A stretch of DNA of 63,878 bases, counting the filler, from Welwitschia mirabilis (Eukaryota): the NCBI GenBank assembly GCA_051453625.1. It is 4 parts of one record of this genome, joined end to end, with 100 filler letters (N's around TTAATTAATTAA, not from the genome) between each part and the next. Parts side by side here need not be neighbours in the genome. Positions count along the whole stretch, not along the records: positions 1 to 27,712 come from JBOZIK010000001.1; positions 27,813 to 43,413 come from JBOZIK010000001.1; 2 more parts are not named here. One strand, 5' to 3'. Positions 27,637 through 40,600 of the stretch are shown piece after piece. The number at the start of each line of letters is the position of its first letter. Position 1 is the stretch's first letter. The translations under genes and the position numbers were made by a program. Under the pieces are notes generated by a model that was not told the DNA's origin, did not search any database, and was given only the letters and a program-made list of their open reading frames with translations.

Positions 27637-27712
27637 TGTTGCGCCGCCAACTTAAGTGTATTTGATAGGATATTTTGAGTTGTTTTGCAGATAAACTAAT
27701 AGATAAATGCTC
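27637..27712 (+). repeat. Start of a younger Athila-like LTR inserted in the copy C LTR
   Basis: TGTTGCGCCGCCAACTTAAGTGTATTTGATAGG is nearly identical to 42605 onward and homologous to the start of LTR 12895; runs into a gap. Confidence 0.75.
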
Positions 27713-27756
27713 NNNNNNNNNNNNNNNNNNNNNNNNNNNNNNNNNNNNNNNNNNNN

Positions 27757-27768
27757 TTAATTAATTAA
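27757..27768. other. Scaffolding linker TTAATTAATTAA inside a 100-nt gap (also 43458-43469, 59476-59487)
   Basis: Identical 12-mer flanked by 44 N on each side, three times; stops in all six frames. Confidence 0.92.
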
Positions 27769-27812
27769 NNNNNNNNNNNNNNNNNNNNNNNNNNNNNNNN
27801 NNNNNNNNNNNN

Positions 27813-28177
27813 TTATTATTATACTTTAGATCTAGTAAAGCCAGTGCATTTAAGAATACTATTCTCACCAAAAGCTTTTCTCTATAAAGGTTGAAAGCCT
27901 TAAACATCTGCTTATAAAGGTTATAGATTGACCTAAAAACCTTGAAAGATAGTAATAAGTAGTGAAATTTACCAAATAACTATAAGTTATTTTGTTCAGT
28001 ATCTTATTGAGTAATTTCATTTCAGTTATTTACTTCTGCTTTTGATCATTAAAATTCATTTGATAGTATCTATTCTCCTTTTAAATATGTTTTTATTTTC
28101 TTATCTATGTTTTTAAGGATAACTTTTTTGTCTTATAAAACTTATTCACACCTCCTCTAGGTTTTATAAATCCTTCA
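27813..28177 (+). repeat. 3' fragment of a SIRE-type LTR
   Basis: aaaggttgaaagcctt and aaaggttatagattgacc as in 10080-10130; ends cttattcacacctcctctagg...ccttCA. Confidence 0.6.
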
Positions 28178-28435
28178 TTATATTTTCAAATGACTTAAAC
28201 ATTTTTACCATAAAATTTGAGAACAATAGTTAGTTTTGATTATGGGACATGACATCTTTATTTTTACTAAATTTTTTTTTCTTCAATACCTTAATCACAT
28301 AAAATTAGTCATAAAAATTTTAAATGTGTATAATTCATTCACTTAAATTATTTTAATATAAATAATTTTTTCACATTTAATCATTTTGTTATTGACTTTT
28401 TACTAAGGCATTAGTAAAAGACTAATTGGGAGGCA

Positions 28436-29767
28436 TGACAACATGTAAAAGTTGACATTACAATCAAGTTTAATAATAATATAATCTTAATTAAAGATAT
28501 TAATATCATTGATTTATTCATAAAAACATGTATTTTATTAATTTTAATATTAATTATGCTTCTAATTATTTTTCATAACATTTTTAGAATACTTAAGCTT
28601 AATTGAAGGACATCACTTAATTTCATGACCATTAAAGCTAAAATAATGGCATCATCATCTAAGACCATTAGCATTGCTAGCCTTTCTGTATAGATTACCT
28701 TTAAATTCATGCTCCTGAGTTATTATGAAAAATTAAATAAAATGTACTTATTTTCTTAAACTAATTCCACATTATAAATCAATTGCATTCTTGTAAACAC
28801 ACAGAGATGATGATGAGGATTTATAGAATGATATTTGGTAGGGCTAATTAATGGTGAAGACACATGACAAGATCAATAATTAGCAGTGGTTGTAGAATTT
28901 CAAAGCTAAGTGTTGACATCATCATAAAAAACGTAACCAAATAGAAGAGAAGATAAACCATCCTATCTAATGTAATTATCTAACTATCCATATAATGTTA
29001 TAAGCTAAGTCTTTGTAACCATTCCTCTCTCTCATCTATTACTATAAGAGGGCTTCAAACCCTTCATTATATCATATTTAACTTGGAAAATCATAAAACA
29101 TTGAAACATCGACTTATGATAACTTTAGATGACTCTATAGGGGAGTGAGTTAGTATTTGAGGATTGTTGAGGAGTTCTTCTTGCTTTTTTCTTCCTTTAC
29201 TATAAGGTTGTTCTTTTATGTAATGCAAATTTATTTTGCTTTAATTTTAATTCACAAGTAATATTATAATTATAATTATTAGGCAAATACTTTAATCAAC
29301 AAGTTTATTTAAGTTGTGTGAACTTCTTTTTATCACTTAGTTTAAGTTTTTTAATTTCATAGATCTTTAGTACTTTAGAATTCATTTATTTTTTTTTATT
29401 TTAATAATAAATTGCTAATTAGGTTTATCATTTATCCTATGATGGATGAGATTATTCCCCATAACATAAACCAAAATCACTTGATAGTTTTAAGTGTTTT
29501 ACAGGAAGACAATTGGACAACATTAGAGTGAAGGATTGCTTAGGATAAGTCAGTGATACCTTGGAGCTAGTTTACCTTCCTCCTTTCTTAATATGAAGTT
29601 CAACTTAAAAATCTAAACATCATTTCCTCTTTTTTTCTTTTCTTAAATTTATAGCTTACATCAAAGTTTAGCTAGTGTAAGTATGAACCTAAGTCCATAT
29701 TATCCTTGAGGAAGAATAATAGTTAAGTGTAAACTTAGATTTAAATTACATTTACTATACTACATTA
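28436..29767 (+). repeat. LTR of a second gypsy family (left arm of inverted pair)
   Basis: TGACA...TACATTA; reverse-complement homologue of 30355-31699 over its length. Confidence 0.7.
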
Positions 29768-30354
29768 ATTATGACAATCATTGCAGGTAATGACACTGAT
29801 GAATTTTAAAGTTTTAAATTTGTTTTTTGTAGATAGGTTCATCAATTGTGTGTAGATCATTTACAATGATAGGGTTACAAAAACATTAAAATAAGATAAC
29901 AAAGATGAATAAAATCAATCATAATATTATTGAAATCATGGAAAATTTTAAAGATTTTTAGTGTTTTAAATACACAGTAAAAAAAAAATGAAAATAGAAA
30001 AATGTAGTAGGAAAAGAAAAGTATGAAATACAAAATAAAGTTTAAATAAAAGTTTTTAAGATTTTTAAGTTTTTTAAAAAATCTAAAAGCAACCTACAAA
30101 TAAATGTTAGACCTACATAGAATAAGTTAGAAAATAAACTTTAAAATAAACTAGAATATTTTAGGTAATGTTGGAAGAACCAGTACCAACCTCTAGAAAG
30201 AAAGCTGAATACACAAAATTAAAAAAAAGGATTAATTCAGGTATCAGTGGAAAAAGAACTAGTACTCAAAATTGAAAAAGTAAAAAATATGTATAAAAAC
30301 TTGCAAGAAGAAAAGTAGTGCTTCTCTAACCTAGGAACAATGCCAAAATTTAAG

Positions 30355-31699
30355 TGATGTAATATAATGAATTAGATTTAAAGATAAGTTTATACTTAGC
30401 TATCATCTTTCTTAGGGATAACATGGGTTTAAGTTCATAATTATACTAACTAAACTTTATTGCAAGTTATAAATTTTAAGAAAAGGAAAAAGAGAAAGTA
30501 ATAACTTTTAAAATTAAGTTTAAAACTTATCTTGATAAAGGAGAAAAGAAAACTAACTCCAAGGTATCACTAATTTATTCTTAAGTAATTCTTTACTCCA
30601 ATGTTATCAGATATATTCCTACAAAATACATAAAGCTATCAAGTGCTTTTAATCTAAGTCATGGAAATTAATCTCATCCCTCATATGATAAGTAGTAAAT
30701 TCAATTCATACTTTAATATTTAAATAATAATAGAAAGTAAGAACTCTTAAAGTAACTAAGACCTACGAAATTAAAAGATTTAAACTAAGTGATTAAAAGG
30801 AATTCATATAACTAAAATAAACTTAATGATTGAAGTAGTGACCTAAGCATTTCAATTATAATTTTACTCATGAATTTAAGTTAAAGGAAAAAAACATAGT
30901 ATATTGAAAAAGGAGTAACTTTATAGCAAAAAAAGAAAGAAGTAGGAAGAACTCCTCAGTAATCCTAAAGAATAGCTTACTCCCCTAAAGATTTGATTAG
31001 AAATTCATAAAAAGTTAATGCCCTAAGGTTCTATGATTCTCCCAACCAAAGATGATATAAAGAAGGATTCAAGGCCTTTTTATAGGAAGCGATGGGAAAG
31101 AGGGATGGTTACAAGTCCTTAGCTCATAGCATTAGGTAAATAATTATAAATCATAGCATTAACTAGGATGATTTGTCTTCTTTTGCATTTGGTAAAGATG
31201 CTTATGAAGATGCCAACACTTGGATTTAGCATTTTATAACTACTGCCAATCATTGACTATGCCATGTGTCTCCACCATAATCCTAAATAGCCTTGTCAAA
31301 TGTCTCTTTGCAAATCCTTGTTATTACCACCATGTATTATCAAGAATGTGATTAGTTTCTAATGTGGAATTAGATAAAGTTTATAACTACATTTTATCAA
31401 AATTTTCATGACAATCTAGGGACATAAGTTTGAAGGTAACCCATAGAGACAGAATAATGACACTGGTGATCCTTGATAGTAACACTAACATTTTGACTTT
31501 GATGATTGTGAGATTAAGGCATACTATTTAATTAAGCACAACTTACCTAAAAATGTCATGAAAAATAGTTAAGTACGTAATTAATATAAAAATCAATAGA
31601 AGATATATTTTTATGATGAAATTAATTATAACAATATTTTCTATTAAGGTTAATTAATCATTTAAACTTAACTAAAATGTCAATCTTTACATGTTAATA
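30355..31699 (-). repeat. LTR of a second gypsy family with PBS-like site (right arm)
   Basis: Minus strand ends TACATCA, followed by ttttggcattgttcctagg (decayed Athila-type PBS) and a T-rich leader 29900-30330. Confidence 0.7.
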
Positions 31700-34600
31700 A
31701 TTTGTTACATCACAGATTTACCCTAGGATGCATCAATAGGCTACTCAATTAACTACTCAAGCGTGAAGTAAGAGATAACATCCTCTAAGTTTAAGTTATA
31801 AATAAAGAACTTCTTCATCATATAATAAATACTAAAAATCATCTTATAAAAATGATGGTAATATGGATGAAAATGATGAAGATGATCAACCATTCATCAC
31901 AAAGTTAGATTATAATGCTTCTCCTAGTAAACAGAGCCTCATAATATCCAGCAAGGGGAAGAAGGCAAAGATTAGATTATAGAAAGAGATTTGGTTGAAG
32001 AAATTCGAATGTACTTATTATGGCTATAATGATTTGATACATAAACATGTCATTGAATTATCATTTATTTTGTAATATCTCATTGTATTGTTCTTACTTT
32101 GAATTAGCTTGATTAAAATAGATTTTATGTCTGTGTGCTAGTGATATGTCATTACATAATTGTATTCAGTATGTTACTTTATTGTAAAATATATTATATT
32201 ATATTTCTTAATAATTTCAACTTGATACATATAATTTTCTCATCAAAATACTAGTAATGTTCTTATGCTATAGAGTTCTTATTAATTAGTTAAAAATGAA
32301 AATTTATGATAGATTTTCCAAGTTTTAGACATCATTAAAAAGGAAGTAATTATTAACCAATCCATTTTTTATATATCAAATTTAGTGTGATATATGTGAA
32401 AGAATCCTAGATTTCAAATTTTAGTTAAGTGCAATGAAGACATCTATAAAGATGAAATATTTCTACCACATGTGAATGATGTTTATAAAAGTTTAAGATA
32501 TCTATAAGACATATCATGAATTTTCAAAGTTAATTTTAAAACTAACATCATGATTCATGTGATGTATTTTAAGGACTTATAATGAGTAAGTACATATAAC
32601 GTATCTCTATAGAATAGAAGATGTCTTGATTGAATTAAATGACTATTATCAAAATATGTCTATAGTTCTTAAATACATTGATAAATCATCCAAATTTTTA
32701 TAGCATGAAAGAAATCTTGACTAACTCAGAGAGGCTTGGTAAAAGCATAAAGAACTTATAAAAGATAGCTAAAGATTAAAGATGTCTATACATAGTTAAG
32801 ATTTTTATAGGATTAAAAGCATTTATAATTTGAAGACATCTTAACTGAATAGAATATCATGGTGGAATGGCTATAGATTAAAGATGCCTCCACCTAGTGA
32901 AGATGTTTATAACATCTAAAGACATCTATGAAGTTTACAAATATCTATCACAAGTTAAAATGGAAAAACTAAAATAGCCATTCTAATAGTTTTACATGTC
33001 ACCCTTCAATGGAAATCTAAACTAAGGGTTTCATATAAGAATGAATAAAAAAGATAGATAAAAAAAGGTAATTAAGGAATAAAAATGAATAGATCTTATT
33101 GAGAGAAATAGATTAAAATCAAATAAAAATAATAAATCAAGAAGGAAAATAAAATTATAGAATAAAAAGAGGGAAGGTAATAGGAAATTGTTATTGAAGG
33201 TGTGGTATTCTTTTCATAGTGCTATAATATACATTCTATTAAGGAAAATTCTTAATATTATTTTAGAATAAATAATAAGGAAAAGAACTAAGTTTTTAGT
33301 ATTTTTCCTTTGTCTTAAGTAAGAAAGACATGGTAGTTATTTTCTCTATTTTAATTTCAAGATTTATTCTATACTATATATATATATGAACATTTAATTG
33401 AGTAGAATCTATATGGTTCTAAATTTTAGTTACTCCATTTAGGCTTTAAAAAACTTGAATGTTGTTGGTTTCAAGTTGGATTTTGAGTTGTAAGTGTATT
33501 GGGTGATTTATTAAGATGTATTCTTAAAAGAAACATCTATCTTATAATTTTAAACCTTGTGGGATTAACTTAGATCCCTTACAATGGGTAACTCATTTAT
33601 ACTTAGCATGTTGATATTAGTGGTAAGCAAAAAATCATGATTCTATAATAATTAGCAAAGATTCAAAAGTGTATTAGGTTTAACCCTCTAATTTAAAGTA
33701 CCCCAGTTATATAATCATATTATATTGATCAAAGTTCCATTATTCCTTTGTACACACTTAATTTTAGCCAGTTATTAATGGTTAATTATAGTTAGTCTTG
33801 TGACATTAAGAATGATTATTCGTAAGAAAATATACCAAGCAAGCCCAAGATAAGTTAAAGATATTATGTTATTAATATATATGTAATAAATTATTTATTA
33901 TATATTTTAAACATTATGAAATAACTTATGTTATATATGTTATATCTTATAATGAAATGTATGAAACACTAGAATAGTATGAAAGATGTTATAAACACTA
34001 ATACATTAATCATATAAACCCTAACAATACATTAACAAAATAGATCTAATACAAAATAGCATTAAAAATGTAGTTTTACATAAGTAGTAATCATAATTAT
34101 ATCAGTGATGGAATAAAACTAAATTTAATTAAAGTAAATCTCCTAATGATGCAAACACTATAGGAAATACCAATTTAGTACAAAATAAATACTTAGACTT
34201 AGTAAGGTAGATTTCTAATGAACAATAATTTACTTATATCCAACAAAGAAAAAGAGGTTTATAACTCATAATGAGGTAATCCATCATCATAGCCATAAGA
34301 ATTATAGATTTAAAATGATGGAATTATGATGGGAACAAAATTAAATAAATTAATGGATTAGATTTAGATAATAGATGAGTAATCCGTGAGGTAACCTTTT
34401 CTTATATAGATTTCTTAGGATTGTGAATTATATACATATGTTCTTTTTAATAACAAATGATCATTGATAGATCTATTTAAGTTGTAAGATATAGTATGTA
34501 ATCCTTAATCTTCTTAAGCTTTAGTTTGATTCTTTTATTGATAGATTTATTTTAGCTTTATACTATAAGATTAGTCTAATAATTTAGCCATTGTTTTATA

Positions 34601-36214
34601 GCCCACTCTTTTTGGAGTTCAATCCTCTTAAGAACATTAATGATGCTAGTACTTTGAATGGAAATATCAGTTCTTTGGTCTATTTAACTTCTATAATAGT
34701 TACAAAACCTAACATGATCTATAAATAAGATATCATAAATCTATTGTTTTTAATATAATTTTTACAAATAAAAGGATAAAACATGATTATTAATATTGTA
34801 ATAATAAATATTATATTTATATCATTAAGATTATATTATTTACTAAAGTTCAGGTGGCCAAATATGTAAAATTTCAAGTGTAAATAGTAAGGAATTCTCA
34901 AACATGCATGAAAAGGCTAGTATTAATACATAATGTGATTCTCATAATCATTATTTTTTAAAAAATCATATATTAATATAAAATAGTAATCCTTTATTTA
35001 TCATACATATGGATCCAAAGTTAAATGTTATTAAAACTCATAAAAGTATGATGTGAACTTTGGGTGTTTTAAATCCATTCATCCTTAAACATTGAATAGA
35101 TTTACCATGGTTACATTTTCATCTTGTGCATGTTTAGGTTTTTACTTAGTTAACTAAAATTTAAACTTGGTATCTTTAGTTTTTAAGGCGATCATTCATA
35201 CGTAAATTGATGAAAAATCCTCATTAACTTAGTCTCATGATACATTACATTACTCAATGTTTGAAAAATTGTTTCCCTTTTTCCCATCATAAGTAACTTA
35301 TTATATAAGCAAATATATGAAAAGGTATGAATAAACAAAAACATAAATAATACTATAAAATAAATTAAAAAGAGATTATTTACTTTCTATAGTTTTCTAT
35401 TCAATGTTATTAGAACCTTAGAGATTTATTAAGCTAAATTTGAGGTAAGGGGGAAAAATGCTTTTAAGAAATGTAAAGTGTTCCAACTAGATTATGTCCA
35501 TTATACAATAATGTAGAGGTTAGTTTCCTTAATCATTCATAATATTTTATCATCTATATCAATGAAAGTTAAGTAAGATATGAATTTATTTAATTAAAAG
35601 GAAATTTTCATGCTTTTCAAAAATTCAAAAAATTTAAAACATAATTGGATAGGCATACTAAAAAGAAATTAAAATGCTTAAGATTATTTATAAAGGATGT
35701 AGGAACTAATTTTTCTAGAAGGAAAGGGATAAATACAAAGAATTAAAGGAATTTTTCCTAAATTAAAAATATACAGACATTATAACAATAATAAATAATT
35801 AATAAAAGTAAAAACATTTTACACCAAAATAATATGTCAAAGAAACTTCCATTTGTTTCTTTATTATCACACCTACTTAAAGTATGATTGAATTTATTAA
35901 TAGCTTTTAGCTTAAAGTATGAGATTTTCTAGTAATCCTCAGCCTTACTATAATTGTTAATAATATATACTCAATGGTATAATAAATGGAGATAAAATAA
36001 GAATAGTAGGATATAATAAAAATCAAAGTATGAAGAAAGAATATTAGTATCAAGGCAAGAAAATAATGACGTCTAGCATGCCTTTGAATATTAATGGAAC
36101 TAAGAAGAAATGATAATAAAAATAACATATCTACTTATTAGAACCTATTTTATAGGGTTACTATAGTTATTTTTTAATGTCCTATTTTCGTTTAACTGTT
36201 CTAAATGGTCATTC

Positions 36215-37679
36215 ATGTAATCTAACAACTTGCTTAAAATAGATCACTAACAAAATTATGCATAAAAATAAAAACTAAAAGTATTTAAAAAAATGAAACT
36301 AATAGAAAGCATAAAATACTGATCAGATGCATATAAGTTTTATAGTGGTTTGGGAAACCCCCTACTCCACTCTCAACAATTAGCTTATTACTAAGCATAA
36401 TCTGAATCTTTGTTAACTCTTCCAAGTATTGCATATTTACTTGTAACCTTTACACACCAACTTTTATAGGCTAAGTATCAATCTTTTTAATGGACTTCTA
36501 TAGGCTAAGTCTTAACCTTTCAACAAAATTTTATAGACTAAGCCTCAACCTTTTACAATTTGTAGTAGTAATGATAGAATGCCCTGGTGCACTGATATCA
36601 CTCATTCTTTGGTATAATGATTGTAATGTAGCTCTTTTCCTATGGATGATAAAATAATAAAGTATAAGATCTGATCCTAAATGTACAGATATAATAGATG
36701 TTGGCTTGTTCTTTATCAGGAATACAGTGCCAATCTAGTACAGTGATAAATAGTAGTTTTCAAATTCTTCATTCAAAGATCAAAAAGTTCAAAAGTTCTT
36801 TTATAGATTTCTCTTTTGGATAATTATATTGAAAGGCTTTTAGGATTATTACAATTAAAAATATGCTTCCAATATCTACAACTAACTACAAAATGAATAC
36901 ATAATGGATATAAAATTTCATTTCCATTTTGATAAATTGACTTCTTAAATGTCTAGTAGACTCCTCTTGATGCTGTGACTTAAACAGTTTACCTAAGTTA
37001 AATTTTCAGATGCTCTGATTTCTTATGGCTCCATGTTCAGTTAAATCCTCAGGGTCTAGTCAAACCCTCATTTAATCACCTTTAGGTAAAGATTCATTCC
37101 AATTTTCTACATCAAGTTCAATTGATTCCTCATGTATTCGGTCGACCCCTTGATAACCAACTCAGGGATATTAGTTACATAGTGCTCAGGTTTGGTCAAC
37201 CCTTTAAAGATCCAATCAATTCATTAACAATTAGTTCAGGGATATTAGGTGCACAGTGCTTAGGTCCAGTCAACCCTTCATAGGCCTAGTTGATCCCTTA
37301 ATAATCTTTTTAGAAGTATTGGTTCTTAGGTTCTCAGGTCCAGTCCACCCCTAATAGATCTGATTAACTCCTTAATAATTTGTTTAGGAATATCAAGTTC
37401 TCAGGTTCATAGATCCGGTAGACCCCTCATAAATTCAATCAACCCCTATAAATTTAGTTCAATTCTAAGAGTATGCTCTAAGTGCGGTTAACTCCTTGAA
37501 AGTCTAACTGACCCCTTTGGAAGGTAAGTAAAATTGATAGATTTCTAGTAATCAGAATGTGATATTCCTAGCTTTAGCATCTAACCTATAAGTGGTTAAT
37601 ATTTTTTTGCACAATATACACAAAATTCACTTCATAAAAAACATTAGTTTGACATTAATTAGCAAAACATGATCTAACA
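36215..37679 (-). repeat. SIRE solo-type LTR
   Basis: Collinear with 7440-8967 (33-bp repeats 36445-36556, GTCGAC-core motifs); starts TGTTAGA; no PPT or PBS flanking. Confidence 0.8.
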
Positions 37680-40600
37680 ATTTTATCTTTCAAAAGGTAT
37701 CTTCCTTATTAACCTTAAAATATTGTCATTAAACCACTATACATGAAAATATCAAGGTTTTTTTATTACTAATTGATAATTATATGTTTAATAATCTCCC
37801 CAGTATCATTGATAAAAATCAAACTTACTTAGAGTATACAAGAATTTATTTATAATTTGATAATTATCCCCTTTAAAAATAATCTTGCTAATTATTAAGC
37901 TAAAGAGAAAAAATGATTTCATCAACTATGACTAAGAAGGAGATAAAGTCAAGAAGAAATCATGTCTTCTTGTATTTAGGAATCTTCTATTTAAAGTATG
38001 TTATTTCCACTAAAAATGACTTCAAATGCAAAGAATAAAAGATGCTAATATCATACATTTAAAATTAAATTTTAGTAATAGCTAGAAAAGTATACCTAAT
38101 AGATGCACTATAAGAACAATTTAATAATAATCATGTGCATTTAGTTTTTCATAATTAAAATACCTATAACATCCTTTCTTTAGAATAAATCATGTTACAT
38201 GAGGTGAAGAAGGAAATAGATACAAATTTATGATTCAAAAAATGAGAATCTCATAAAAAGGGGGAAAATAAATTAATATAATTTTTTAAAATAAAAGCTA
38301 AAAGAAATGAACTAGGTATGTAAGACTAAAAAACAAGCATGGAAATGTAAACCTGGGTTACCTATTTATGATAATAATGAATCTTGGATGAAGCTAAATA
38401 GGGGTCTCAACTAACCAATGTTGTAGAATTAATTAACAAGTTATGGCANNNNNNNNNNNNNNNNNNNNNNNNNNNNNNNNNNNNNNNNNNNNNNNNNNNN
38501 NNNNNNNNNNNNNNNNNNNNNNNNNNNNNNNNNNNNNNNNNNNNNNNNNNNNNNNNNNNNNNNNNNNNNNNNNNNNNNNNNNNNNNNNNNNNNNNNNNNN
38601 NNNNNNNNNNNNNNNNNNNNNNNNNNNNNNNNNNNNNNNNNNNNNNNNNNNNNNNNNNNNNNNNNNNNNNNNNNNNNNNNNNNNNNNNNNNNNNNNNNNN
38701 NNNNNNNNNNNNNNNNNNNNNNNNNNNNNNNNNNNNNNNNNNNNNNNNNNNNNNNNNNNNNNNNNNNNNNNNNNNNNNNNNNNNNNNNNNNNNNNNNNNN
38801 NNNNNNNNNNNNNNNNNNNNNNNNNNNNNNNNNNNNNNNNNNNNNNNNNNNNNNNNNNNNNNNNNNNNNNNNNNNNNNNNNNNNNNNNNNNNNNNNNNNN
38901 NNNNNNNNNNNNNNNNNNNNNNNNNNNNNNNNNNNNNNNNNNNNNNNNNNNNNNNNNNNNNNNNNNNNNNNNNNNNNNNNNNNNNNNNNNNNNNNNNNNN
39001 NNNNNNNNNNNNNNNNNNNNNNNNNNNNNNNNNNNNNNNNNNNNNNNNNNNNNNNNNNNNNNNNNNNNNNNNNNNNNNNNNNNNNNNNNNNNNNNNNNNN
39101 NNNNNNNNNNNNNNNNNNNNNNNNNNNNNNNNNNNNNNNNNNNNNNNNNNNNNNNNNNNNNNNNNNNNNNNNNNNNNNNNNNNNNNNNNNNNNNATATAA
39201 AAAAGATTATAATATATGATATATCTTAGTTTTCTATTCCTACAAATATCATACCTTAAATAAAAAATATTTTCATACTTATTTTGACCAAAAAGAACTT
39301 GATTTATTGGTATTTTCTTAAGATAAAAAAAATATGTGATTAAATTAGTTTATTATACTATTTGATTGAGATAAAATAGAAAAAATAAAGAGAATAAAAA
39401 TATTTTCAAATAACAAAATAAAATCTAAATTATCCTATCTAATTTCAAATAATTAAATGAGATACCATATGATGTGCAAATCTACTATACGATTTTGTAG
39501 AATGATAATAAATAGAACTTACTAACTTTTCTAATATCAACATAAAAAAACCAAACTCTTCCTTACATAAAGTTGCTAGAGTATGATTACCCTTTAGATT
39601 TGAAATCATTACTTCTATACTTGGTGTTGATAATAAGTTACAAGAATATTTAGAAAGTAATAAAACAAGCGATCTAAATAACCTCCCCATCCCAACCTTT
39701 ATGAATCAAGGAGATAAACATAAAAATATGTCATTGGAGTGATATTAAATCAATTAAACTAGAAAAATCTAGCACTAATTATTTTCCTAATGTTATTTCT
39801 TATTTATTCTATTTTGGGTTTTATCATTTTTTTTCTTTATCTATTTTTTATTCTTTATCTTATTTTCTAGATATCCTTTATTAGTTCTTTATCTTCTTTT
39901 GTATCTTATGCTCTACTACTTATTTACCTCTCTTTGTTCTCTATCTATTTTTGTTATTATCCTTCAAACTTAAATTATTTATCAGATTACCTTTGGTTTT
40001 TATATTAGTTTTCCTTCTTTAATGAAATAGACTTGTAAGCTAAGAATCTTTTTCACTACTTAAATCTTTTCCACTATTCTAATATAGCATAATTAATATG
40101 TCAAATCACTCTATCTGATAATAACATATAGCTTTTTAGTTCAAAAAAGAATGATATAGAATAGAAATAAAACATATATTTTATGAAAAAAATGTGTTAC
40201 ACTTAAAAAAATTTTAAACAATGCAATAGAAAAGGCATATGACATTGGTAAAAGGTATAAACCTATTATCATGTCCATATGTAAGTAAAGTATAACACGT
40301 GTAACCCTCCTGTTTGTTACTAATAATAAGAAAGGAAGTACAACCAATTTTAATAGTAAAAATAGAACCAAAAGTATGAATAGATAAATTATCCATGGGT
40401 TATAATATCATTATCAAAAGATAAAAATATTATCATAATATAATACAAATGACACTAATTCATAATGTATGAAAATCTAGAACCTTCATTATTGTCAATG
40501 TCAAATATGATAAGACTAGCTAGTGATAAAAAATAAAGTATGCTAATGAAAATAGAGACATCATGAACTATCATTACCTACATAAATCATTGTATAATGA

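Noticed and set aside
27713..27812. TTAATTAATTAA palindrome (three occurrences)
   Set aside because: Artificial linker centred in fixed 100-nt gaps; adjacency across these joins is unverified.
31740..32250. Acidic/basic peptide-like stretch resembling a transposase C-terminus
   Set aside because: Too short and degenerate to assign.
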